Positions 8,169 through 15,365 of a stretch of DNA of 24,071 bases are shown in pieces. Under the pieces are notes generated by a model that saw only the letters and a list, made by a program, of their open reading frames with translations, was not told where the DNA came from and made no database searches. The stretch is from an uncultured Candidatus Saccharibacteria bacterium (GTDB lineage Bacteria > Patescibacteriota > Minisyncoccia > Phycocordibacterales > CAYSCM01): assembly GCA_964429815.1 (NCBI GenBank), contig CAYSCM010000004.1, positions 1 to 24,071 of the forward strand, in the 5' to 3' direction. A program made the translations under genes and the position numbers. How positions within the stretch are numbered: the first letter of the stretch is position 1; each line of letters opens with the position of its first letter.

Positions 8169-8192
8169 ACCCGTTCGCTTCGGCGAACGGGT
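8169..8192. other. hairpin 1 (10-bp stem ACCCGTTCGC/GCGAACGGGT, UUCG loop), followed on the minus strand by TTTTAG and then the fba extended -10
   Basis: Perfect inverted repeat read directly from the sequence. Confidence 0.6.
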
Positions 8193-8234
8193 TCGTCCGA
8201 GCGCCAGAGGTGCTGTAGGGAAAAATGACCTCCA

Positions 8235-8254
8235 CCCCGCACTAGCGTGCGGGG
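8235..8254. other. hairpin 2 (8-bp stem CCCCGCAC/GTGCGGGG, loop TAGC)
   Basis: Perfect inverted repeat read directly from the sequence. Confidence 0.55.
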
Positions 8255-8267
8255 TTTCCCGCTAAAG

Positions 8268-8297
8268 GAAAAACCGCCGACCGTTCGGTCGGCGGTT
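8268..8297 (-). terminator. hairpin 3 plus T tract: rho-independent terminator of the 8307-8612 gene (AACCGCCGACC-gttc-GGTCGGCGGTT then TTTTCCTTT on the minus strand)
   Basis: 11-bp perfect stem followed by TTTTTCCTTT on the minus strand, 10 nt after the stop codon. Confidence 0.75.
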
Positions 8298-8306
8298 CCT
8301 CAAACC

Positions 8307-8612
8307 CTAGTCGAGTTCAAGGACTTTCTCGCGTCGGAGCCGCTTTTCCTCGCCGGTGATACTGAGACCGGCAAAACCATCGACGGGCTTCACCGCTAGG
8401 AGCCTGTCACGCTCGAGTACGAACACGTTCGTCCCAAGCGGCCACAGCAAGGGCTCCCCGGCACTCTCGAGACAAGGAAGCTTCTCGCCCGTCGCGCTCG
8501 AAAGTTTGAGGGGCTCGCACCGGCCTTCGCCAAGATAGCGCCAGAATTGTGGGTGCCAGTTGGCGATGGTCATGACGATGCTTCCGGCCAACACTTCCCG
8601 TAGCTCTCTCAT
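8307..8612 (-). CDS. hypothetical small protein (about 101 aa), own strong SD
   Basis: ORF with GGGAGGGA 4-5 nt upstream of the ATG at 8610-8612 (the track's TTG at 8615 is one codon upstream). No family recognised. Confidence 0.6.
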   Translation of the reverse strand: MRELREVLAGSIVMTIANWHPQFWRYLGEGRCEPLKLSSATGEKLPCLESAGEPLLWPLGTNVFVLERDRLLAVKPVDGFAGLSITGEEKRLRREKVLELD

Positions 8613-8707
8613 CAATCCCTCCCAGGTATGAGGAAACTCTTGTGAAGGGTAGCAAAATCGCCTGGTGGGGACAAGCAGCTATGCGAGCTGCTATATACTT
8701 ATCTGAA

Positions 8708-9697
8708 ATGAGCAAGGTCGATTTTCTCTCCATCGGCGACATCACCACCGACGCATTCATTCGCATCAAGGACGCCTCGGTGCACTGCGACCTCAACCGA
8801 GAAAACTGCGAGCTCTGCCTTCGCTTCGGCGATAAAGTCCCCTACGAGGAGGTATACGTCGTTCCCGCCGTCGGCAACTCACCTAACGCCGCTGTCTCTG
8901 CCTCGCGACTCGGCCTTTCCTCTGGGCTCGTTACCAACATCGGCGACGACCAAAATGGCAAGGACTGCATGGCCCAGCTCCATAAGGATAGCGTCGACAC
9001 GTCTCTTGTCGCCGTTCACCCCGGGATGAAGACGAACTATCACTACGTACTGTGGTATGAAGAAGAGCGCACCATCCTCGTAAAGCACCAAGCGTATCCT
9101 TACATGCTTCCAAACCTTGGCTCTCCGAAATGGCTGTACGTGAGCTCGCTTGGTGGCAATTCTCTTGCGTACCAGCGTGAGATAGCGGCGTACGTCAAAG
9201 AGCACCCGGGCATTTCGCTCGCATTTCAACCTGGCACCTTCCAAATACAGGCCGGCTACGAAGCTCTGAAAGAGGTGTACGAGGTTTCAAAAATCTTTTT
9301 CTGCAACAAGGAGGAAGCGTGTCGCATACTTTCCGCCCAATCGAATGACATTAAGGAGCTACTCGAAGGAGTGCGGCGCTTAGGCCCCTCGGTGGTGTGC
9401 ATTACCGATGGCCCGAACGGCGCGTATGCCTACGACGGAGAGCAGTTTCTCTTTACGCCAATGTTCCCTGATCCGAAGCCGCCGCTCAATCGCACCGGCG
9501 CGGGAGACGCATTCGCCTCTACTTTTACAGTCGCCCTTGCCTTGGGCGAGCCTTTGGAAAAGGCTTTAGCCTGGGGGCCCGTGAATTCCGCCTACGTCGT
9601 CCAGGGCATCGGCGCGCAGGCAGGCCTCCTCACGCGAGCTGAGCTTGAAAAGCATCTCGCCGAAGCTCCGGAGGGTTACAAGGTAAAAAAAATATAG
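8708..9697 (+). CDS. PfkB-family carbohydrate/nucleoside kinase (ribokinase/adenosine kinase-like). Likely start is the ATG at 8708 (MSKVDFLSIGDITTD...); the track ORF begins at 8642
   Basis: N-terminal GD box (LSIGDITTDAF) and C-terminal PfkB signature (NRTGAGDAFASTF). A TATACT box at 8694-8699 lies 8 nt upstream of ATG 8708. Confidence 0.85.
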   Translation: MSKVDFLSIGDITTDAFIRIKDASVHCDLNRENCELCLRFGDKVPYEEVYVVPAVGNSPNAAVSASRLGLSSGLVTNIGDDQNGKDCMAQLHKDSVDTSLVAVHPGMKTNYHYVLWYEEERTILVKHQAYPYMLPNLGSPKWLYVSSLGGNSLAYQREIAAYVKEHPGISLAFQPGTFQIQAGYEALKEVYEVSKIFFCNKEEACRILSAQSNDIKELLEGVRRLGPSVVCITDGPNGAYAYDGEQFLFTPMFPDPKPPLNRTGAGDAFASTFTVALALGEPLEKALAWGPVNSAYVVQGIGAQAGLLTRAELEKHLAEAPEGYKVKKI

Positions 9698-9712
9698 GCA
9701 CCTATCGGTGCC
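9696..9712. terminator. bidirectional hairpin terminator (AGGCACC-tatc-GGTGCCT), T8 tract on the minus-strand side and TTAT on the plus side
   Basis: 7-bp stem immediately after the kinase TAG stop. The minus-strand read gives GGCACCGATAGGTGCCTATATTTTTTTT. Confidence 0.55.
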
Positions 9713-9727
9713 TTATAACGTAAGAAC

Positions 9728-10030
9728 TTACCTGCTTTTCTTTTTTCGCCTTCGAGGCTTCGTCTGTCGCAATTCGTGAAATTTGCGCTCAAAGTCTCCA
9801 TGCACGCTCGCGAAACCGGGCGAGCGCAACTGGAGGCTTTCAAATATCATTCTCCACGGAAATTGTTGCTGCAGACGATGCCTGTAGGGATTTTTCTTCG
9901 CTGCGATTTCTATAACGCGATAGCAGTAGCGAATATCTTTCCAGTACCGCCTTGATTTGGCTAAACCCGAAGGGGTTTTAAAACAGCGTTTTTGGGCTTC
10001 AGTGCGCAAATCATAAAGTGTCTGGCACAT
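9728..10030 (-). CDS. hypothetical very basic 100-aa protein (C-terminal RRRKKKSR tail). Uncertain; could instead be a noncoding transcript
   Basis: ORF bracketed by two terminators. AGGAG lies 8 nt upstream of the ATG at 10028-10030. Lower GC than its flanks and no homology recognisable. Confidence 0.35.
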   Translation of the reverse strand: MCQTLYDLRTEAQKRCFKTPSGLAKSRRYWKDIRYCYRVIEIAAKKNPYRHRLQQQFPWRMIFESLQLRSPGFASVHGDFERKFHELRQTKPRRRKKKSR

Positions 10031-10082
10031 GGCACAGTCTCCTCTTCCGGTAGCATTCTAAATAGACGGTGGAAAAAGAAAA

Positions 10083-10106
10083 GCCCGAAGTCGTACGACT
10101 TCGGGC
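10083..10106 (-). terminator. rho-independent terminator of the cell-wall hydrolase gene (perfect 24-nt palindrome GCCCGAAGTCGTACGACTTCGGGC then TTTTCTTTTT on the minus strand)
   Basis: Perfect palindrome with a strong T tract on the minus strand and TTAGGGTTTT on the plus strand. Confidence 0.8.
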
Positions 10107-10124
10107 TTAGGGTTTTGCTCGCGC

Positions 10125-10997
10125 TCACTTTTCGTTCGCGCGAGCGAGGAATTTCTGGTATTCCGCGGATTGCCGGACGAGTTTCATCGACGGCGGCCGC
10201 AGGGTGCCGGTTGAAGCTGAGGGCGGCACTGTTTTCTTTTCCGGAGTCGTCGAGAGAGGCTTCGCCGCAGGCTTCTTTGCCTGTACACCCCCCTTTGGGT
10301 CGCAGTAGAACGTGTGCGGCCCGATCTCGCTCTGTCTGGTGAGCTTTTCGAAGAAAGCTCTCCCTGCAGACGTGGTACCCACGTCGTCCGTGCGCTTGTA
10401 GTAGCGCGCGCAGGACAGACTCCCCGTCAGGAGGACGGCGTATTTTCCGGCAAGCACATCGCGAGCGATGCGCTCGCTGTCCGCCCACAACCACGCCGGA
10501 ATAGTCCATCGATTGAGGAACATTCCGGTGAATTGCCCTTGCTGCCAGACGACCCCGCAGATGGAATCTGCAAAGCCGGCCCTGGAACCGTCCATTTTCC
10601 GCTGGCGGGCAATTTCTCCGACGGATGCGCGAACATACGGCGGGTCGCGGAAGTTGCTCTCCCGCGAAATGAGCTCCGTCATGCAGGACAGGTCGTCCTG
10701 TTTGATGAAGGTTTCGGCTTTGTCCGGCACGACGACCGTGTCGGCTGCCATCACGACCCAGAGAGCGATGATGACCCCGACGCCGAGAACATTGAAGAGC
10801 TCCCGACGCAGGACATAGGAGAAGACGGGTGTAAACACGAACCGCACGAAGCTGCTCGCGAGCACCGTCACTCCCCAACCCAACCAGAATAGAAAGAACT
10901 CGATGAAGAGGACCACCGCATGGGCGGCCACTTCGTAGGCACCGACGGCGTACCCTGCGGCACGCTGAAGATGCCTCTTCGACCCACGCTTTCGCAT
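10125..10997 (-). CDS. membrane-anchored cell wall hydrolase, SleB/CwlJ (Hydrolase_2) family. True start is probably the internal ATG (MRKRGSKRHL...) preceded by GAGGAGG; the track's TTG start at 11054 lies inside the promoter -35. Start coordinate is +/-1
   Basis: One TM helix, then the motif SNFRDPPYVRASVGEIARQRKMDGSRAGFADSICGVVWQQGQFTGMF, which matches the Hydrolase_2 signature (...NRV...FP.TIC.VV.Q..QFS). Confidence 0.7.
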   Translation of the reverse strand: MRKRGSKRHLQRAAGYAVGAYEVAAHAVVLFIEFFLFWLGWGVTVLASSFVRFVFTPVFSYVLRRELFNVLGVGVIIALWVVMAADTVVVPDKAETFIKQDDLSCMTELISRESNFRDPPYVRASVGEIARQRKMDGSRAGFADSICGVVWQQGQFTGMFLNRWTIPAWLWADSERIARDVLAGKYAVLLTGSLSCARYYKRTDDVGTTSAGRAFFEKLTRQSEIGPHTFYCDPKGGVQAKKPAAKPLSTTPEKKTVPPSASTGTLRPPSMKLVRQSAEYQKFLARANEK

Positions 10998-10999
10998 GG

Positions 11000-11054
11000 A
11001 AGCCTCCTCAGGTTTTCGGGGGTAATTATATAACACAAAAAGCCATCTTGTCAA
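11000..11054 (-). promoter_or_regulatory. near-consensus sigma70 promoter for the hydrolase gene (TTGACA - 18 nt - TATAAT, then about 25-nt leader with GAGGAGG)
   Basis: Minus strand reads TTGACAAGATGGCTTTTTGTGTTATATAATTACCCCCGAAAACCTGAGGAGGCTTCCATG. Confidence 0.6.
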
Positions 11055-11074
11055 TCGTACAAAACGGCTTGGTC

Positions 11075-11302
11075 TCAGGATATTTTTCGAAACCGCGGGT
11101 GAAAAGTCCCGTCCGGGCTCTTAGCCTCGCCGAGAAACTCCTCAAGCGGCCGTATCCAAATCTTGCTTACCGGATTTTCATAAAGCGCCTCGTAGACGAC
11201 GAACTCTTTGAGGTCGTCTGCGTGCTTCCCCACCCCGATGAGCCGGTAGCGTCCGCCGGTTTTGACATGTTCGTATAGCTCTCCGGGTATGAGGGGCATC
11301 AT
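11075..11302 (-). CDS. DUF1653-family small protein. Start is the ATGATG at 11297-11302, overlapping the stop of the upstream micro-ORF
   Basis: Matches the DUF1653 pattern (GELYEHVKTGGRYRLIGVGKHADDLKEFVVYEALYENPVSKIWIRPLEEFL...PRF). The longer track ORF (start 11353) begins in the overlapping micro-ORF. Confidence 0.75.
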   Translation of the reverse strand: MMPLIPGELYEHVKTGGRYRLIGVGKHADDLKEFVVYEALYENPVSKIWIRPLEEFLGEAKSPDGTFHPRFRKIS

Positions 11303-11457
11303 TGTGAAAGCTCGTAGGTAAGCGTATCGACAGAGGTCCGTACCGCGCTCCATGAGGATTGCTGGGCAATGAGCGCCTTCCCTGAGAAATACAGTATGCC
11401 GACAAGCACTGAAACGAGAAGGAGCGTGCCGAGGCCGGAATTGACGTTGTGACGCAT
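11298..11457 (-). CDS. unannotated 52-aa single-TM micro-protein (MRHNVNSGLGTLLLVSVLVGILYFSGKALIAQQSSWSAVRTSVDTLTYELSQ), paralog of the adjacent peptide
   Basis: Found by manual translation (below the track's 60-aa cutoff). The ATG lies 3 nt after the stop of peptide 1, and its TGA overlaps the DUF1653 ATG (CAATGATG). It shares VGILYF..K.L.AQ..S.S....VD..L..L.S with peptide 1, with identical length. Confidence 0.55.
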
Positions 11458-11460
11458 ACG

Positions 11461-11619
11461 CTAATGAGAAAGTTTCTGGAGCATCGAATCGACGATAGAT
11501 GCCATGCGGCTAAATGATTCATCCTGCGCCCAGAGTTTATCGGAGACAAAATATAGGATACCGACAAAAACCGCCATCAGGAAGAGAAATATGAATAGCG
11601 GCGCGTGGTCGTGGTCCAT
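11461..11619 (-). CDS. unannotated 52-aa single-TM micro-protein (MDHDHAPLFIFLFLMAVFVGILYFVSDKLWAQDESFSRMASIVDSMLQKLSH)
   Basis: ATG at 11617-11619 overlaps the TAA stop of the transketolase C-terminal gene (TAATG). About 38% identical, ungapped, to the downstream 52-aa peptide. Confidence 0.55.
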   Translation of the reverse strand: MDHDHAPLFIFLFLMAVFVGILYFVSDKLWAQDESFSRMASIVDSMLQKLSH

Positions 11620-12608
11620 TATGGTTTTCGCTCACGTACCTTTTTTATTGCGGCTACGATGTGCGAGATGCCCATGCCGTAATGCTCGATAAGCTCCCTT
11701 GGTGTGCCGGACTGACCGAATCGGTCGCGGACCCCGATAAATTCAATGGGCACCGGAGTGTGCTGTGCGAGCAGTTCAGCGACCGCGCTTCCCATGCCGC
11801 CCGCGATCTGGTGCTCTTCGACGGTCACGACTGCGCCGGCTTCTTCCGCGACAGCACGAAGGAGTTCCCTGTCGAGGGGTTTTATCGTATGAAGGTTAAG
11901 AACGCTTGCTGAAATTTCCCCGTCGAGCTCCCTGGCGGCCATGAGCGCATTGTAGAGGAGCGGCCCTGAAGCGACGACGGCGACCTCCGGCTTCTTCCCT
12001 TTCCATACAAGCGAGGCTCTCCCGATCTCAAACGGGGATTCTTTCGTCGTCATGACGGGCGTTTTCTCGCGGGCAAAGCGCAGGTAGACCGGCCCGGGGT
12101 GCGCGGCTGCAGCGAGAGTCGCCTTCCTTCCCTCCTCTGCGTCGGCAGGGTAGATGACGGTCATGTTTGGCTGGACGCGCATGAGCGCGAGGTCCTCGAG
12201 CGCCTGGTGCGTCGCGCCGTCCGGGCCAACCGAGACGCCCGCGTGCATGCCGCCGATCTTCACGGGAACATTGTTGAGCGAGATGGTGGTGCGTATCTGC
12301 TCGTTGTTGCGTCCGGGAGAAAAGGTCGCGTAGGAGGTGATGAAGGGGATTTTACCGTAATTGGCGAGACCCGAGGCGATCGTCGCGAGGTTTTGCTCGG
12401 CGACGCCTATTTCGATGTAGCGTTTCGGGTACTTCTTTTGAAACTCAAGGGTGCGGGTCGACTCGACCAGGTCCGCGCACAGCGCCACCACACGCTCATC
12501 CTTCTCGGCCGCCTCGAGGAGACCCCTGCCGAAACCCTCCCGCGTCGCGGCCTGCTCGACGTCTTGGTCGAAGAGCTTTGGATTAAGTTTGGCGTCTCTG
12601 ATCATCAT
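11619..12608 (-). CDS. transketolase, C-terminal subunit (pyrimidine-binding and C-terminal domains) of a split transketolase
   Basis: Tkt Pyr domain motifs (IASGLANYGKIPFITSYATFSPGR, GVSVGPDGATHQALEDLALMR). Its start lies 1 nt after the tkt-N stop. Confidence 0.93.
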   Translation of the reverse strand: MMIRDAKLNPKLFDQDVEQAATREGFGRGLLEAAEKDERVVALCADLVESTRTLEFQKKYPKRYIEIGVAEQNLATIASGLANYGKIPFITSYATFSPGRNNEQIRTTISLNNVPVKIGGMHAGVSVGPDGATHQALEDLALMRVQPNMTVIYPADAEEGRKATLAAAAHPGPVYLRFAREKTPVMTTKESPFEIGRASLVWKGKKPEVAVVASGPLLYNALMAARELDGEISASVLNLHTIKPLDRELLRAVAEEAGAVVTVEEHQIAGGMGSAVAELLAQHTPVPIEFIGVRDRFGQSGTPRELIEHYGMGISHIVAAIKKVRERKP

Positions 12609-12609
12609 G

Positions 12610-13467
12610 TCATTGGTGCTCGCTTGTGAGTTTGCCGTTCAAGGTCCGAATGGCATCAATGAAGCGCTTCCCTTCCTCCGGCTTCGGGGGTTTTCCATGC
12701 CATTCGTAATTGAATTCGATCTCGGCCACACCCTTTCCGGGGATGGTGTGCGCGATGATGACGGTCGGCTTTTCATAAATAGCCTTCGCCTCTTCGGTAG
12801 CATCGACAAAGGCGCGTATATTGTGCCCGTCGATCTCAAGAACGTGCCAATTGAACGCTCGGTATTTGTCTGCGAGCGGCTCAAGCGGCATGACGTTCTC
12901 GGTCATGCCATCGATCTGGATATTGTTGCGGTCGATGACGGCCGTGAGGTTGTGAAGCTTGTTGTTGCCGGCGAACATGGCGCCCTCCCAGGTGTTGCCC
13001 GCATCGTGCTCGCCGTCGCTTAGAAGACAGTAGACGCGGAATTTCTCTCCGTCCATGCGCGCTCCGTAGGCGTAGCCGGCGGCTTGAGAGAGCCCGGAGC
13101 CCAAGGGCCCCGAGGTCGTCTCGATCGCCGGAAACCGCATGCGCTCGGGGTGTCCCTGGAGGCGCGAGCCGAATTTCCGGAGCGTCATGGCCTCATCGAG
13201 GGAGAGGTAGCCGGCGTGCGCCATGGTGGCGTAGCGTATCGGCGTTATGTGGCCGTTGCTTAATATGAGCCGGTCGCGCTCCGGCCAGTCGGGACGCTTC
13301 GGGTCGTGGTTGAGGATGTGGAAATAGAGAGCGGTGAATATGTCCGCCATACCCAAGGGCCCCGCGGTGTGGCCAGAACCGGACGCGACGAGCATGGAAA
13401 TGAGCGTCTCGCGGATCTCATTGGCCTTTTTTTGTAGCTCCTGTGCTTTTTCTTCGGTGATGGACAT
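12610..13467 (-). CDS. transketolase, N-terminal (TPP-binding) subunit
   Basis: TPP-binding motifs (SGHTAGPLGMADIFTALY, LLSDGEHDAGNTWEGAMFAG, GHPE). ATG lies 1 nt after the rpe TAG stop. Confidence 0.93.
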   Translation of the reverse strand: MSITEEKAQELQKKANEIRETLISMLVASGSGHTAGPLGMADIFTALYFHILNHDPKRPDWPERDRLILSNGHITPIRYATMAHAGYLSLDEAMTLRKFGSRLQGHPERMRFPAIETTSGPLGSGLSQAAGYAYGARMDGEKFRVYCLLSDGEHDAGNTWEGAMFAGNNKLHNLTAVIDRNNIQIDGMTENVMPLEPLADKYRAFNWHVLEIDGHNIRAFVDATEEAKAIYEKPTVIIAHTIPGKGVAEIEFNYEWHGKPPKPEEGKRFIDAIRTLNGKLTSEHQ

Positions 13468-13468
13468 G

Positions 13469-14116
13469 CTAAGCCGCCGTGAGGGTCGTTATCGCGTGCG
13501 CGATATCGGGGTCTTCAAAAATGTAACTGCCGGACACGAGGCGATTCGCGCCGGCCTCGACAAGGCGGTGCGCCGTTTTTGCATTCACCGCCCCGTCAAC
13601 GCTTATTGTAGCTTCCGGATGTGTCGCTCTCCAAGCGGCGACTTTTCGGAGTACGCGCTCGTCGAACGGCTCTCCTTGGTAGCCGATATGGGCGATGCCC
13701 ATGAATTGCACAACATCGATGAGCGGGAGGTACGGCTCGAGCGTGGCGCTTTCGGTATCGTTGAGGATAGCAAGCCCGAGCTCAAGCTTCGGGTAGGTAG
13801 CCCGCACGTACGCAAGGGTATTTTTAAGCTCTCTGGTCCTCTCGATGTGAAAGATGAGGCGCCGTGCGCCCGCCGCTATCCAATCGTGCGCTGCCCTCCC
13901 AGGATCGGCGACCATGAGGTCGACCTCGAATGGCATGTCAAGCGCGATGGCAGGAAAATCCCCATGAGCGCCCCGAAAGGGCCAGCTCTTCGGGGCGACG
14001 TAGAGCCCGTCCATGATATCGAGCTGGACGAAGCTAACGTAGCGCCTGACGCGCGCGATTTTCTCGCGAAGATCCGCGAGGCTCTTGGGCATGATGGCGG
14101 GAACAACTTCCGCCAT
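13469..14116 (-). CDS. rpe: ribulose-phosphate 3-epimerase. Likely start is the ATG at 14114-16 (MAEVVPAIMPKS...), 2 nt after the pilin stop; the track start at 14146 would overlap the pilin gene by 28 nt
   Basis: RPE motifs (VQLDIMDGLYVAP, DLMVADP, HIERT, VQFMGIAHIGYQGEPF, ISVDGAVN). Confidence 0.9.
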   Translation of the reverse strand: MAEVVPAIMPKSLADLREKIARVRRYVSFVQLDIMDGLYVAPKSWPFRGAHGDFPAIALDMPFEVDLMVADPGRAAHDWIAAGARRLIFHIERTRELKNTLAYVRATYPKLELGLAILNDTESATLEPYLPLIDVVQFMGIAHIGYQGEPFDERVLRKVAAWRATHPEATISVDGAVNAKTAHRLVEAGANRLVSGSYIFEDPDIAHAITTLTAA

Positions 14117-14118
14117 GG

Positions 14119-14658
14119 CTACCAACAGTTTGGATAACTTGACCACGCCGCCGGGAAGGCCGTATCCGCCCCGACCCTACAGATGGTGGAAGCTGACCCT
14201 ATCGGGGTAAAAACTTCAAACTGTATCTTGATGCCGTAGCCTTTTACGTTGCCGTTGGAGTCGAGCTCGTAGGCGTACTGGTAGTCGGCCTGACCTGGCT
14301 GGCACGTGCCTGCTGTACATAGCGGGTCGTGCGGCGCGGCGGCCGACGTGTAGTAGGTGGATAAACCTGCACCCGAGCAGGTAACGAGGTTCGAAAGGGT
14401 ATCCGGCGCGAGAGAACCCTTAAGCGACGAGCACGAGACGTTCCGTATGGTCGGGTAGGCATGGTTTGCCGTGAAGTAGTCTTCAAGCGCATTTTGCACC
14501 GAGTGTATCTCTTGGGCACGTCTCGCGTCCCTCGCCTTCTGACGAGATGACGCGAGCGACGTGAGCACGATGCTCCCCAGGAGCCCAATGATGGCGACGA
14601 CCACTAAAAGCTCTATAAGGGTGAACCCTCTGCCTGCGACAAGACGAGGAAACGTCAT
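14119..14658 (-). CDS. type IV pilin/pseudopilin-like protein (class III prepilin signal)
   Basis: N-terminus MTFPRLVAGRG|FTLIELLVVVAIIGLLGSIVL: a G/F cleavage-methylation motif plus a hydrophobic helix with E5. Cys-containing C-terminal domain. Confidence 0.85.
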   Translation of the reverse strand: MTFPRLVAGRGFTLIELLVVVAIIGLLGSIVLTSLASSRQKARDARRAQEIHSVQNALEDYFTANHAYPTIRNVSCSSLKGSLAPDTLSNLVTCSGAGLSTYYTSAAAPHDPLCTAGTCQPGQADYQYAYELDSNGNVKGYGIKIQFEVFTPIGSASTICRVGADTAFPAAWSSYPNCW

Positions 14659-14660
14659 AC

Positions 14661-14849
14661 TCAGCCCCAGAGGGTGTACGCGGTCGCAAGGAGCACGAGG
14701 ATGAGGACGACGATAAGGACCGTCTGCGCTCCCTTCGCGTCCTTGGCAAGACCAAGTTTAATGACGAGCTTGCTTACCCAGCCCAACCGCTCACCCGATT
14801 GCGCCATGCGGTGGCGGAAATCGTTCTCTTCGTAAAATTCTACGGCCAT
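14661..14849 (-). CDS. small membrane protein (62 aa, C-terminal TM helix) encoded between rpiB and the pilin
   Basis: Its TGA stop is 2 nt before the pilin ATG. C-terminal VLIVVLILVLLATAYTLWG is a clear TM segment. Confidence 0.5.
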   Translation of the reverse strand: MAVEFYEENDFRHRMAQSGERLGWVSKLVIKLGLAKDAKGAQTVLIVVLILVLLATAYTLWG

Positions 14850-14878
14850 ATTTCTATTGTATGCCCTCTGAGAAGCCC

Positions 14879-15364
14879 TCAGGAGAGGTTTTCCCCATCC
14901 AGCTTTTCGATGCGACGCAGGTGCCGCGCGTCGCCGGAGAAGCTGTGCTCAAGCCAGAGCCGCAACGCCCTCTTGGCTTCGCTTTCCGTAAGGAAGCGCG
15001 CCCCGAGCGCGAGCACGTTGGCGTCATTATGCTCGCGGGACGACTCTATCATAGAGAGAGCTCTTCCGGACGCATCCGTCTGCTGAGCGCCGGTGTCTGC
15101 GTAAAAAACCGCGGCTCGCACTCCCCGGAGGCGGTTGGCCGCCATGGCCTCCCCCTGCCCTGAGCCGCCGATGATGACCCCGCGAGAGTCGGGGGTGCTC
15201 GAAACGGAGCGGGCCACCTTGAACGCATAGTCAGGGTAGTCATCGCCCAGCACCTTCTCGAACGGCCCCTCGTCATGGACGCTAAACCCTAGGCCTTCGA
15301 CGAAGGAGATGAGCTCCTGCTTGAGGTCGAACCCGGCGTGATCGGAACCGAAGAACACCTTCAT
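14879..15364 (-). CDS. rpiB: ribose-5-phosphate isomerase B (RpiB/LacAB family). True start is the ATG at 15362-64 (MKVFFGSDHAGFDLK...), 1 nt after the gap stop; the longer track ORF is an artefact
   Basis: RpiB signature (GSDHAGFDLK, GVIIGGSGQGEAMAANR, with a Cys-less active-site variant). Confidence 0.9.
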   Translation of the reverse strand: MKVFFGSDHAGFDLKQELISFVEGLGFSVHDEGPFEKVLGDDYPDYAFKVARSVSSTPDSRGVIIGGSGQGEAMAANRLRGVRAAVFYADTGAQQTDASGRALSMIESSREHNDANVLALGARFLTESEAKRALRLWLEHSFSGDARHLRRIEKLDGENLS

Positions 15365-15365
15365 G

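Noticed and set aside
9961-10878. 305-aa minus-strand ORF overlapping the cell-wall hydrolase gene in another frame
   Set aside because: Extremely Arg/Gly/Pro-rich low-complexity translation, typical of an alternative frame in GC-rich DNA. The overlapping frame has a clear Hydrolase_2 domain, an SD and a promoter.
11048-11567. Plus-strand 76-aa ORF (11048-11278) and minus-strand 129-aa ORF (11178-11567) overlapping the DUF1653 and micro-protein genes
   Set aside because: They overlap better-supported coupled ORFs (DUF1653 and two paralogous peptides). The 129-aa product is Arg/Ser-rich low complexity.
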